NCBI GenBank assembly: GCA_002269645.1
Contig: NIVC01002133.1
Coordinates: 124,001-188,000, forward strand
Source: Macrostomum lignano
Taxonomy: Eukaryota
Direction of reading: 5' to 3'
DNA: 64,000 nt
The notes below the pieces were generated by a model that was not told where the DNA came from, made no database searches, and was given only the letters and a program-made list of their open reading frames with translations. The translations under genes and the position numbers were made by a program. Positions 52,886 through 64,000 of the stretch are shown here, in pieces; within the stretch, counting starts at the first letter, position 1; the number at the start of each line of letters is the position of its first letter.

Positions 52886-54917
52886 CAGCGGCAGCCGAGG
52901 AGTAGCAATTCGCGCGTGATGCGACGCCCGACCACGAGCGTAGTTGATTAGAATCTGCACCTGCACAGAGTCACAGTCTTATTAGTCGTGTCTTGCTATG
53001 AATACTCTTAAAAATGCACCCAGGACAACTAAACTAGAAGGACGAAGTACACAGACAATCGTATGACTTCGTGTGAAAAGCTTCCGCTTCACAACTCGAG
53101 GTGTAGCCAAAAAGTAACGAGAATTGATCGGGGGGCCTCATACATCACGAGTTTGTGACACAAGGGGCAAACTGTGAATCAGCACTTTCATCGTGAAGTC
53201 CCAGCAAAATTTATGATGACGATGCGGCGGGTTCGACAGCAACAGGGGGAGAAAGTTTGGAAAATATTATTTAAGACCGGCCAAAACAGACTGCTGTTGA
53301 ATTCTTTAAACGGATTTAGCAAAAATTTGCTAGATTGGCTTGGTTTCCGGTCTCCGGTAGCACTCGTAGTTTAACAAAACACCAACTTGCTTCATAGGAA
53401 ATTCTTAAGTCCTGGTGGTAAGATATTGTCAATTTGTCAAATCAAACGATTTCCTTCTACTTTAGCTGTCCATGAAGTGCATCTTATCAGCAATAAATTT
53501 TTGCAAATCGTCCATACTACACGCGTACTGCACTGCACTGAAAGTCAACTTCGAGAGTAAAGTACGAGCGAGTGCCACAGAATTAATTTTGTTTAAATAA
53601 ACCAAGTATTGAGCAAAACGCAGCAGAAACGAGTTTTTGATTAACAGAAAAGTTTACTACTGAAGTCTCTGGCTTCAATTGTCTGTCACTGTACTCGACG
53701 CAAAGCAGCATGCAATTACAGTTGTCCTTGTTCTGAGCTGGACTGATGAAACTAAGAGAATTTTCATGAGAATTTTCATGACATTTAAATTAATAAGTTT
53801 ACAAAACCAACATTGCATCAAGCTCGTGCTGGCGAAGTCCCAGAGGACTTTGCACGCAAAAATATTTTCGGAAACTATTCTAAGAAATCTCATTTTGAAT
53901 TGAACTTGTGCTTATCGAATTCCGTTACAATTTGGTTCCGAATAGGAAATGTTTGATCTGGACTTCCGAGTTGCTACTTGATCAAGTAGGCGCTTTGTCC
54001 GAGGTTCGCTCACCTTATTGTCGAGCTGTGACTCGCACTTTTTACTACCGGAAATGTCACTGGAGATTGGAAAGCAAGCAATGCTCCGGCTAAATCTCAG
54101 TTCTCCTACCTGCTTAGTTGTGTTGCTATAGCCCAATTCTACTCGCGACCGAGTTTTGTCTATGGTAAAAATACGTCGTAATATGACAATCAATGTCAAA
54201 TCTTTGCAAAATCCATTCCGAGAGCGTTTTTCCGGTCTTCAATAATTGTTTTGCTGCGCAACCTGTGACCCACTCTTGGACTAGACCGCGTACTTCCTCT
54301 TCGATTTTGCGATTTAGTGCTAACGAATGGGAAACTTGAGAATTACCGGCCTACTAACTTAGTGTGATTGAGACTCCATGAGACTTCCTTGTCGAGCAAA
54401 ACAAAATATGACCAGGTTGCTTGATTTAGTGAGGCATGAAAATGGTCTCAAATTATTTTCCAGCTTGCTACTCGTAGACATCTAGACAAGCGAGTGTTTG
54501 ATGCTACACCACAAAGCCTTTTTGCTTGGACGAACAGCAACGCAAGCTTGAGGTCGATGCGTCGCTTCACCTCACTGCGTTTTAAGAAAAAAATTCTGCC
54601 ATATTGATTGACTCCTGGATTCACAACGGCTTTGAGCAACTCGATGGGATATTTTAACAGAAATTGACATCAAAAGGTTGCTGCCAGCTGTCCGTTCGAT
54701 CCGAATCGAATCCAAACCGAATCGCCCTGCCGCCTTTGAGCCGCCGCGTCAGTCGAGTTTCCCGTTCTGACTGATAATTGATTGTTTTGGGAGGAGCCGG
54801 CGCCGCTCCGTCGGCCTTAAATCCCAATCACCCTGCGTGTTGCGCTTCCCAAACCGCTATCCTTAGCCGAGAGCCGAGTCTGTGAATCCCCAGACTGGAG
54901 TTCCTTATCGCAGTGAC

Positions 54918-56290
54918 ATGGCCTCAGACCAGGACCTGCTGATGGCATTCAAGACCATAGACAAGTCTAACTCCGGGGAGATCACGGCGGACGAGCTGAG
55001 GACTTACCTGTACAAGAAGCGCTATAATGAGCTGTTTGTTCAGGTGCGCTAACTGAATTGAGCTCGCATCGCTTTTACACCAAAATGGTACCAGCGCCGC
55101 GATTTTTAACATTTCAGAGATACTTGCGCCTCTTCGATCGAAACCGGGACGGCAAGATCACTCTGGAGGAGTACCAGAACACGCTCAAGGAGATTCCCAA
55201 GGCTCAGAGAGAGTAAGAATTATGCAGCTTCATTTCACCTCTAGTCAATGGGAGATTAATTAGAAGTGAGAATTTCGACTCTTTTATGGTTCTTTAAAGA
55301 TATAATTTTCTAACGATGACTCATCATTGTCTGAATGGCATTGCTTCGATAGCAAGTGGTCCGGTTAGCGTTTTTAAGTACAGAACATTACTTAATTCTG
55401 TAGTTTACTTACATTAAGTAGTTTACACGGGCAGATGATGGTCTCTGAGGAGGCCGGACCTTGGTCTGCTAAAGTGGGTTGGCGGTGCCAAGCCTTGCAA
55501 ATAATAATGAGCTTTGCAGTTAGGACCTCATTTGGCTCCAGGCTACCCCAGCCGTAGGTCTGCTATCTTTGGGATGCAGCCCCCATAGGGGATTCAATAA
55601 CAGGTGGCCCGAGCTTATGCTCCTGGTGGACCCACGCTTATTCTCAGCGGTAGTGAGAATAACAGGGCTGATCCGCACCTCACGGCAGCCTCGTTTAACA
55701 ACAAAACACATGAGCTGCATGTCTCACCGCCTTTTGCACTAGGGATTTAACCTGATGATGGTTAATTGAATTGGTGCTAATGAGTTCTCTCGGTTTCAGT
55801 AATAAATATAGCCGAACAGGTAGTCTGAATGGAAAATTTATAAACTGACACTAAAGGTGCAGTATTGATGCAAACGTTTTTTCACACCTGGAATACAGAA
55901 AAGCTGTCGTTGTTTCATCACGTGCTAAGATCGCGTTTGCCTGATTATTAATTAATTACCTGATTCCACTAACAGTCATGGATAATATATGTGCTAAATT
56001 GGCGAATTTCTACTCTTAGTAGCTACGGCTAAAAGTGCCGCTTATTTCTCTCACACAATCGAATCGAAAGGTACAGCCAGTGGCGCGAGTTGTTCGAGAC
56101 CATCGACAAGGACGGCAACGGGCACATTACGAAGAAGGAGCTGAAATCCGTGGTTCGCCAGATGGGCTCGAACTCGCTGCTGAAGCTGGTCGACTTTGAT
56201 CGCTTCTTCGAGGAGGGGGACTCGGACTACAGCGGCAAGCTGAACTATCGAGAGTTCCTGGACTGGCTGGACAGGTCCCAGAATGCCTGA
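54918..56290 (+). CDS. Four-EF-hand 16-kDa calcium-binding protein (SME16-like), paralog B; exons 54918-55043, 55118-55212, 56071-56290 (146 aa)
   Basis: Same exon sizes as paralog A (126/95/220). EF loops DKSNSGEITADE, DRNRDGKITLEE, DKDGNGHITKKE and DSDYSGKLNYRE. Confidence 0.92.
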
Positions 56291-57151
56291 CTGCCCAATG
56301 CAGACTTGATTCATTTCAGTAACAAACTTTAAACGACTTGTCTGCCTATTAAAGCACTTTTTGAATGCATTGCTCAGTGGAATATAGTGGAGCGAGAGTT
56401 TGAAAATAATTGAAAATATCATTGGAGCCATAGGCAAATTCCGTCAAGGTCAATGTCAAGATTCGATAGAAATGCATGAAATTGATGACAAGAAAAAGCC
56501 GGAATTTAGTAGAATTTCACGAAATAATTGCTTGATAAACTTGTCAGTTGCACTTCAGACAAAAAAACCGAACTTGTCATTCGTAGTTCAAAGGCCCAGA
56601 AGGTGAGAAATTGAAGTTTTTGCAAAAAAACTAAAGATTCCTGTCTTGCTAATGATTTATGAGTATTGCGTCTTTCTGCTTGAGTGTTTACACAGCTTAT
56701 CAACTTTGCCAAAATGCCAACTCATCACTCGAATTTTCTGGGGGGGGGGGCTCCAGCGGCTGCCGCGGTGTCCGACATGTGTCAGGCGAAAGACCCCAGC
56801 TTACCGCATATCGGTCTGGGAGGCAAGTGGGCATGGGGCTGGGAGCTACAGAACATGCTTGAAGTGCTGTCGCTTCCTCCCTTAAAAATAAAACTGGAGG
56901 CAAGGAAGTGTATTTGAGAGCAGCTGGGGAGCTCATTCTTGTCGAATTTCTTTCCCGCTGAGTGGCCCGAAAATTTCTCTCAAAATCGAATCGAGAAAAC
57001 TATTTTGGGAAATTGAGTTGACATATTTGCTTAAAAATTGGACTTCTATGCGAGTCTATAGTGAGAGACATAAACAGATACAGCATAAGGACGCTCGCTA
57101 TACCCGAAAATCGTACAAATTTTGCTGGATACCGGGATTCGCTCCAGAACG

Positions 57152-57380
57152 CATTGGCGAGATAGGCGTATTGCTACTGTGGTAAATCACATTGGCGAGA
57201 TAGGCGTATTGCTACTGTGGTAAATCACATTGGCGAGATAGGCGTATTGCTACTGTGGTAAATCACATTGGCGAGATAGGCGTATTGCTACTGTGGTAAA
57301 TCACATTGGCGAGATAGGCGTATTGCTACTGTGGTAAATCACATTGGCGAGATAGGCGTATTGCTACTGTGGTAAATCAT
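57152..57380. repeat. Perfect 38-bp tandem repeat x6 (CATTGGCGAGATAGGCGTATTGCTACTGTGGTAAATCA)
   Basis: Starts at 57152, 57190, 57228, 57266, 57304 and 57342; no spacers. Confidence 0.97.
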
Positions 57381-57624
57381 ATTGGCAAGTGCCGCCAGCA
57401 AGGGAGCCAATAGCGGGGGGAATTACCTTTCAACGGATGGCATCTGTTGATGGTGTCGACGGCGTCGGAGCTTTGGAGTCCGAGTTCTTAAGACGGAATG
57501 CTTGAGATTCTATAGCTGAGAATATCCATCAGTTGAGGCTTCCCTTGAAAAGCCTTGTGTCGCAGCAGGATATCCATAGTCCCCTGAGGCCAGCCGTTGA
57601 AGGTCCAGAAGCTCCGTCTGGGTA

Positions 57625-57771
57625 AAGACCAGTGACCAACGAAGTCAGAGCTGATGCAGACACATGTGGTCGACGTGCTGATGAAAGTTGGAGGCTTGGA
57701 AAGGCTGCACTGAGGCGCAGTGCTGATTGGCGCACAGAGGTGTATTGGATATGGGAAAAATCCGACCTTCT
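57625..57771 (+). repeat. Dispersed repeat, copy 2 (see 14749-14907)
   Basis: Aligns by eye to the reverse complement of 14749-14907. Confidence 0.85.
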
Positions 57772-59019
57772 CGTAGCCTGCGTTGCTCCGTTCCGGCACT
57801 TTGCCAAAGCAATCATCGAGCATTGATGTTCTTCATCTTCAATGGGCGCATCTCAACAGAGTAATTTGTGCGATTTGTCGTCCTGCGGTCATACAGAAGA
57901 CTTGGCTAAAACTAAATTTACTCGTAAACATATTGTCTGTCCGGAGCATTCAGTCTAACATAGAGATGCTCTTGATAATTTACTTCCTTCCTTGGCTTAA
58001 AATTTGCTGACTAAACAAGGATGAGTAAGGCAAGACGTAATTAAAGTCTGCCCGAGAAGCTTATCTATACATAGTGTTGCAGTCCATAGCATTAGCGTCA
58101 ACTAAAGATTCACCACAGACATTCTTATTTGATCCAGCGTGCAAGAATGCTTTGGAAGTCACCATATGCGTGCAGAAATGCAAGTGTCAATGGTAAAAGC
58201 ACCTTGGATTTACATGTGCACTCCGTGCAGGAATTTCAATCGTGCAAGAATGTAATGGGCAATGTTTCTATATTTAGCAGAACAGCCATAGACTACAAGC
58301 ATAATCTTCTTTCCATCGTGCAAGAATGTTCAGACTAGCTCGCGCATATTTTGTCTATGGTTCAAGTCTAACTCCATACCCCCAGGTCCACCCTTTTCTA
58401 CTTTAGCCACACATGTTGGATCAAATAAGAATGGGAATCAAGCACTTTGACTTGTGCGTCTATGGAAAAAACCCTCGTGCGCTACGCGCACTCGTGTTTC
58501 AGCCATTGACGCATTCCTCAGCGTGCTAGATTCCTCCAGTCTCGGTGGGCGTGAAACCCGTTTCATGCTCACCCGCCCACTGTCTTTGCACTGAATCAGT
58601 GGGGTTTGGGCCACAGACATTCTCACTGAGGGGCCTGCCATGCGTTTCAACCTCGATCATTGTTTGTGTTGTGCATTAGAGCTCAGCCTATAGCGTTAGT
58701 ACATTATTGTTTTCCTGTTTATGTGACTTAAGCTTCGCTCAACTTTCGTTCTGTTGCTGTTTAGTTAGTCTATGGCATTATACTCTTTCTTTCGCAGAGC
58801 TCCCCTCTCGGTTTCAGTCCTTCTTCCCCTCAAGACCCCGTCTGGAGCTACGCGCTCAAGATTCCTGATTCAGCCGTCAAATACAAACGATAGCTTTGCA
58901 CCGCTTATCATCTTAATCTCGACACACATCAGTTTGAGTACCCGTTTCCTCACATTTCTTTGTTAGAGTTTTTGGTCAAAAACATTTTTTACTGCTCTTT
59001 TCTATACTTAATAGTTATG

Positions 59020-59340
59020 TTTACGCGTATGCACGGATGCGGCTACCTTTGCCTCTCCAACGCAAATTGCGCACTCAACTTGCTGGTCTAGGAGAGATCG
59101 GAACCGAAGCCGATGCACATGAAACAATCAAAATCACATTTGACAATTTAAGCTGTCATCAGAAGAGCTGTGTATTAATTTTGGACGAAATATATGTCTA
59201 ACCATCCGTCCGCTATCGATCCAAGCATCTGCTCGATCAGGCGTTCGAAAATCCTTAAGAAAGCTGCTCGAACAGTGCTCGAAATTACGTGGAAACCGAT
59301 ATTTGGCAGCAAGCCAGTCGTTGTGCGACTAATTGTCTGC
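59020..59340 (+). pseudogene. P-element/THAP9-like transposase fragment
   Basis: AYARMRLPLP..KLR...HQKSCVLILDEIYV*PSVRY...KKAARTVLEITWKPIFGSKPVVVRLI, with stops and frameshifts, matches the P-family catalytic-core start (C.L.FDE..I.....Y ... A..VL..M.K.......PV). Confidence 0.65.
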
Positions 59341-59429
59341 ATTTCTTCTTAGCTTAGAGTTCTTGCATCTGCAGCTGCGAACGCGAAGGTGTAGTCATCT
59401 TCCCAATCACAGCGGAGGTCGGGTCGTAG

Positions 59430-60503
59430 CATTTGTCTGTGACAAGCATTCCACAATCAGGAAGTGTTTCTCTCTATGAATGAATGAACTGAATAAAAAC
59501 TGAATGAATGAAATTGATGAAGTTCAGTCACAGGAAAGTAGGCATATGTTATTCCTACGATCAAACTTTCTGAAGATCCGTAGTCAATCTTCACTTTGGC
59601 TCTTGCGCCTGCTGAGTCCTTCGATTCAGTCACAGCGACAGTGTTGATTTCTTCGCCATTCGCTTCGTTGCCACTTTTCTCTTCCGGTTGCTCACACATC
59701 CGGATATTTCTGGTGTTCATTCTGCTCCCTGCCTTTAGACTTAGTCTGCATTCTTGCTTGATGTGCCCGTTCTTTTGGCAAAATTTGCATTCCATGTTTC
59801 GAGCAAAGCAATCCCAGGGACGGTGGCCTGTCCTTTTGCATCTGTAGCAGACTCGATCGCACTTTTTGGTGCTTGGAGCGATGTCCGCTTGTCAGTCTGT
59901 TTGAACTGTAGCTTGGCAGTTGGTCTGCAGTCTGTTTTGCTGACTCATTGGATGGTTTTTCAATGTCTTTAGCCTGGGTTGCTTCGAAATTCTTGCTGGT
60001 TTTCACTCCTGGTGAGGTCAGAGCCTTCCTTTAGCAGCAGAGTCCTTAGCGGCTTTGAAAAGCTCTGTAGGACTATCAGATTGCGTAGCAGACGATCCTC
60101 GAAGCTGAGCTTCACTGTGCTCTTTTCCTTCAGGCTTGAACTCGACGTTCAATTTTTAGCTTTTCGGTCTCATGGACACTGTTAGATGCACCTTGAAATA
60201 GAGAGCTAAGCACTTCCTTCGTTGCTTCGTAGCCTTGTTCATAGCTTACAGTTTGCAGCAAATTCGGATTTTTGGCTCTGCTAGAAGCAATAATATCGCT
60301 TGCTACTTTCGTCAGCTATTCCTTGCAATTCCATGAACACCTCGACTTCTTGCACATAGTCGTTCCACTTATCTGCATTGTTGAGCGGATCTTCGTCTGG
60401 ATCAATGTGCCCAATGCTGTAGAAATGTGCTGAGGCCATTTTCTTAATAGTAACATCCTCTTGGGTTACGGACGTAGCTTTTCTCTTTTCACCGCTGCTA
60501 CCA
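59430..60503 (-). mobile_element. Ty3/Gypsy LTR retrotransposon remnant: PBS, gag and degenerate protease
   Basis: PBS TGGTAGCAGCGGTG (60503-60490). The gag ATG is at 60439 (MASAHFYSIGHIDPDED...KWNDYVQEVEVFMEL). Twin CCHC knuckles CYRCKRTGHRPWDC and CKFCQKNGHIKQEC; protease-like VKIDYGS. Frameshifted; no RT/IN or intact LTR seen. Confidence 0.85.
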
Positions 60504-61109
60504 ATCTTTTCTCTCATCCCATCTCTCATCTCTCATCTTCTTTTACCTCTCCTTTCCACTCTCATCAGACCCGCAGCCATAAGCTGTATTCTTATCCGGC
60601 TCTTTAGGTAAAAAAGTTTGCTAATCCCTGGTTTAGAGCCGCTGGGAATACCTCCAGTTAAAAGTGGGAGCACCAATAATGCTACAAGCAATTTAATGGT
60701 ACCAGGCTAATCGTCAAGCAACCCTTTCCGAGTGTGATTGAGGAAATCGTGACAGGATCTGGCAAAAGGCAATCTGTGTTTATTCAGAGAATTTCAAAGA
60801 TTCCATCAAACTTGTCTTTTTGTTCAAGCAAGTACAAATCCCAGTGAAGGCTTTCTTTTCCCTGACCAAAACAAAGACCAGGGACAGTCGCTAAGAATTT
60901 TCGCAATCAACTTTGAGTCGCCCTGCTTCTCATATGGCCAACTTTATGTTGAATGCTCATGCGTTGGAACTGCAGCTGGCCTCCTCATCTTTGCTCCCCT
61001 GAGAAACAATGAATTTGGCTTTGCTGATGCCTTGCATACTTACTCTGCTTAGTTTCTTTAGAAAGTTTAAACAGTATAATTACTTGTCTCCTCTCACTTA
61101 GTCTTAGAC

Positions 61110-61260
61110 CAGGGGCGTAGCCAGGAATTCTTTATGGGGGGGGGGGCAAGACTACTTTAAAAGAGGGGCCCAGCCTCTGGAAAGATGGGCCCAAAGCCTG
61201 CTGGAAAAGGGCGCCACATGCTTTGCCAGTTGATTGGGAGGGGGCAGCAATCGCCATCGC
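61110..61260. mobile_element. Truncated relative of the 40095-40291 MITE
   Basis: CAGGGGCGTAGCCAGGAATT (61110-61129) is the exact reverse complement of that MITE's right end. No partner TIR found. Confidence 0.6.
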
Positions 61261-62017
61261 TTCTTCATTTTACTTAAAAGCTACCAATTAATCTCAACTC
61301 CTTACTTAAAAATATATGCAATTAGATTATTGTCCTGATGCTGTAAGTGTTTGTATAGTCTTAGATTCTATTCTTTGTATTCTATCCAAAAATATACTTT
61401 GTAACACAAATTTACTCCAAGTTTTTATTACCTCTATACTTAAACAAGTTTTTGTTTGAGTTTGACTTCAGACAAAGGATTGCATACAAAAAATCCTAAG
61501 GTAGTTCCCGGGATTTTAATTCAGCGGGTTCAACATCCGCGGGTTTCAACACACATATACCGACAGACCATTTTTAGTATATAGGATAATAATAATAAGA
61601 GAGGCGGATCTTAACATTTTACTCGATAAAACGGAAAAAAGTTGTCCAAAGTCGCACAGGTGTCAAGCAGGAACTGGAGCGGGGTGGGCCAACTCAGTGT
61701 TTCTCGCGGAACTGCTGATCTTCCCCTGGGGTGGGATGCGACTCAAGACTCGCCGCTCGATCTTGGCAGCAGCTGCCAGGCGCCGGGCTCATGCACGCGC
61801 GTTCCGGAGAGCGGCCGACGGCCTGCGCCAGCAGAGGTAGAGAAGCCGCCTCGACTGTCCGCATTTTTGCTGACTCAAATTGCTGAGGCTCCACGACAAA
61901 AGTGGGGGGGGTAATTCAGGAAATCGATAGCCCGTCAAGGAAGATAAAATTGGCCAAGCCGCGCTGCGCTCGAAACTGCGCTCTCTTCTTCGAGGAGAAA
62001 CTTTACAAGCTCGCGAC

Positions 62018-64000
62018 ATGTTACCAACCATGGCTCAAGCCGGTTGGTGCCTGCTCTTTGCAATTTGCCTGGGCGGCATAACTGCCTGTAAGTTTCTTTC
62101 AGGGTCGGTTGCATTGCGGGTAGTGTTGTCAGGAGTCAAATTACCTTCATAGCTCGTAGATGATTAGTCTCTACTCGCAGACTAAGAACTTACTCTAAAG
62201 AACTGCTTGGAGTGTTTTGGTGGTGAGGATATCTTTAAAATTCTGTGGGATGTTTCCATATCTTGGCGCATATTTACATGTATAGTTAATTGAAAGTAAT
62301 GTGCCGCTGCAAGCAGATTATCCTGCAAGCACGTGATTGGCACAAGTTGTCATCCAGCAGTGACTGAATAGAGCAATTGTATAGCTCCTAATGCTGACGA
62401 AGAATGCCTTAGTGGTGCTACTCGTAGTATGAGACTATTGTATCATAATTACTGTTGCATCCTTTCAATCGATGTTGTCAGATTTTATAGCATCTGCGCC
62501 TATTTAGTATTTGCCTTTAGGAATGAAACCAAAATTGTAGAAGGATTTTTATGCGTTTTTATTTTTATCACTTTTGCGGTGGTGATTAAAACTTTCAAAC
62601 TTTGTACATCGAAGCTCAAAGAAAGAGCAAAACGTCCTAAACAACACGCATTGTAGCCCATGGCTTCGAATACAAAGGATGCTACAAAGATAGTAGAAAT
62701 CGTGACCTGCCAAAACTGGCACAGTCATCGACCAGCATGAGCGTGGAGAGGTGTGGCCGTCTGTGCAGCTCGTACCGCTACTTCGGTGTGCAGTTCTCCA
62801 AGGAGTGCTGGTGCGGCAACTCGTACGGCAAGCACGGAAAGCGACCAGGACGCGAGTGCAACATGGCCTGCAGAGGCAACTCCAGAGAGAAGTGCGGCTC
62901 TCACTGGAGAAATAATGTCTATGCAACTCGGTCGACTGGCTCCCGTGAGTACATTCTCCGCATCAACACCTGAAAACGCTTGACATGACGCTGGCCAGAA
63001 AAGAGAGTACAGTATCGATATATACGCGCCGCTTGCCCTTGTAGACAGCACATGAACTGCAGGGTCCACCAATGAAAGGGTTAGCTTTAAAATCGCTGTC
63101 TCTCTAGGCTCAGTGGATCTAAAATACACATTACTAGCTCGTACGTTTAGTTCTCCTTGACAGTGGTCGGCAAAAATTTATGGTCTATTTCAACTTGCAA
63201 GTAGCCTATTTAATGATGACATGAGCGGTGGCCGATAGAATTACAAAATACAGTCACGTACTACGTACATGAAAGCTTAGAGAGGTGGCCAGACAAAGCG
63301 AAGAAAACGGGAGAGAATGATGTGCATTTACAATGCGTGCGGATAATATAGGTTACTTAGTTAGTGCCCAGAGTTTAGCATTCTGGCACTACCCCAAACA
63401 CTATACGAGCGTATATCCAAGTTTCCTTGATGCATCTGTAATATAGCCCATTTTGATGAATCCTGACGGTGTCCACACGGATCAGAGTCCCTGATCTAAA
63501 AATATCCCGATGCCTTTGTCATCAGTTTAACTCCTTATGCATTTTGTGCTCACCAAATTCAATTGTGTTTTACAAATGCTCACTTGGCTTACTTTATTAA
63601 ATTCGATTTGGATTTAAAGTTTTTAATATGCAGTTGCCGTTTCTAATATGCAACACTAGCTCGTAAAACTTACACTCAAATTTTGAATAATATTATGAAA
63701 CGTTAAATGCCCACGAGCGCTAGGCTGCAAACGGGTGAGATCTACACCGTCAAGCCTGTCGAGCTACAAGTCCAAGGTCGGTCAGTGCTTCGAGTTCCGA
63801 GTGACTGGTCGATTGAGAGGAAACGTGTGGGGGAGCGGGATCTACACTGCCGACTCGTCGCTTAGCAAGGCCGCCGTACATGCAGGAATTGTGAGGAACG
63901 GCCAGACAAAGTACATCCGTGTTCGAGTGTTGAGGGGTCGCAGCTCGTACCGATCCACTAGACGCAACGGCGTCAAGACGAGACGCTACGGCAGATACAG
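62018..64000 (+). CDS. Secreted WSC-domain plus LCCL-domain protein, 3'-incomplete; exons 62018-62087, 62657-62944, 63724->64000
   Basis: Signal peptide MLPTMAQAGWCLLFAICLGGITA ends at T|GTAAGT. WSC exon: YKGCYKD...MSVERC...C..YRYFGVQFSKECWCGN...C...C.GN..EKCG....NNVY. LCCL exon: VWGSGIYTADSSLSKAAVHAG...Y.ST.RNGV.T..YG. All introns are phase 1. Confidence 0.88.

Noticed and set aside
57152-57380. 38-bp direct repeats (and the 43-bp repeats at 35428) as a CRISPR array
   Set aside because: The units are head-to-tail with no unique spacers, there are no cas genes, and the context is eukaryotic.

Overview
This is eukaryotic, intron-rich animal DNA. It is most consistent with a free-living flatworm such as Macrostomum; that is an inference from SME16-like EF-hand genes, GC-rich exons and introns packed with tandem repeats. 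I assembled eight protein-coding genes by hand from splice sites and reading phase: an ABHD8-like hydrolase (362-2912 +), an Rdx/SelW-like gene (6170-7437 +), a TEX55-like dimerization/docking-domain gene (8779-9506 -), a 20-exon Slo2/KCNT K+ channel of about 1240 aa (16700-44146 +), an intronless CABIT-domain Serrano/GAREM-like gene (46188-47744 -), two tandem 146-aa four-EF-hand paralogs (52120-52885 and 54918-56290 +), and a secreted WSC+LCCL protein running off the right edge (62018->64000 +). Most long ORFs in the supplied track are artefacts of about 25 mini- and microsatellite arrays. Mobile DNA includes two copies of a tRNA-headed CORE-like SINE, a hAT-type MITE with an 8-bp TSD, a 5'-inverted Penelope fragment with a degenerate hammerhead core, a Gypsy gag-pro remnant with a tRNA-Leu PBS, and a P-element-like transposase fragment. 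There is no rRNA, CRISPR array or prokaryotic system. The best leads are: an alternative, probably lipidated (MGGWWC) first exon of Slo2; a substituted Na+-sensor site in Slo2; a dispersed, over-represented TARCTCGTA/TACTCGTA motif; a polycationic WSC-LCCL protein; minisatellites built from splice signals; and a signal-peptide-like ORF made of 42 perfect HQGLE repeats. All homology calls come from remembered family motifs, not database searches.
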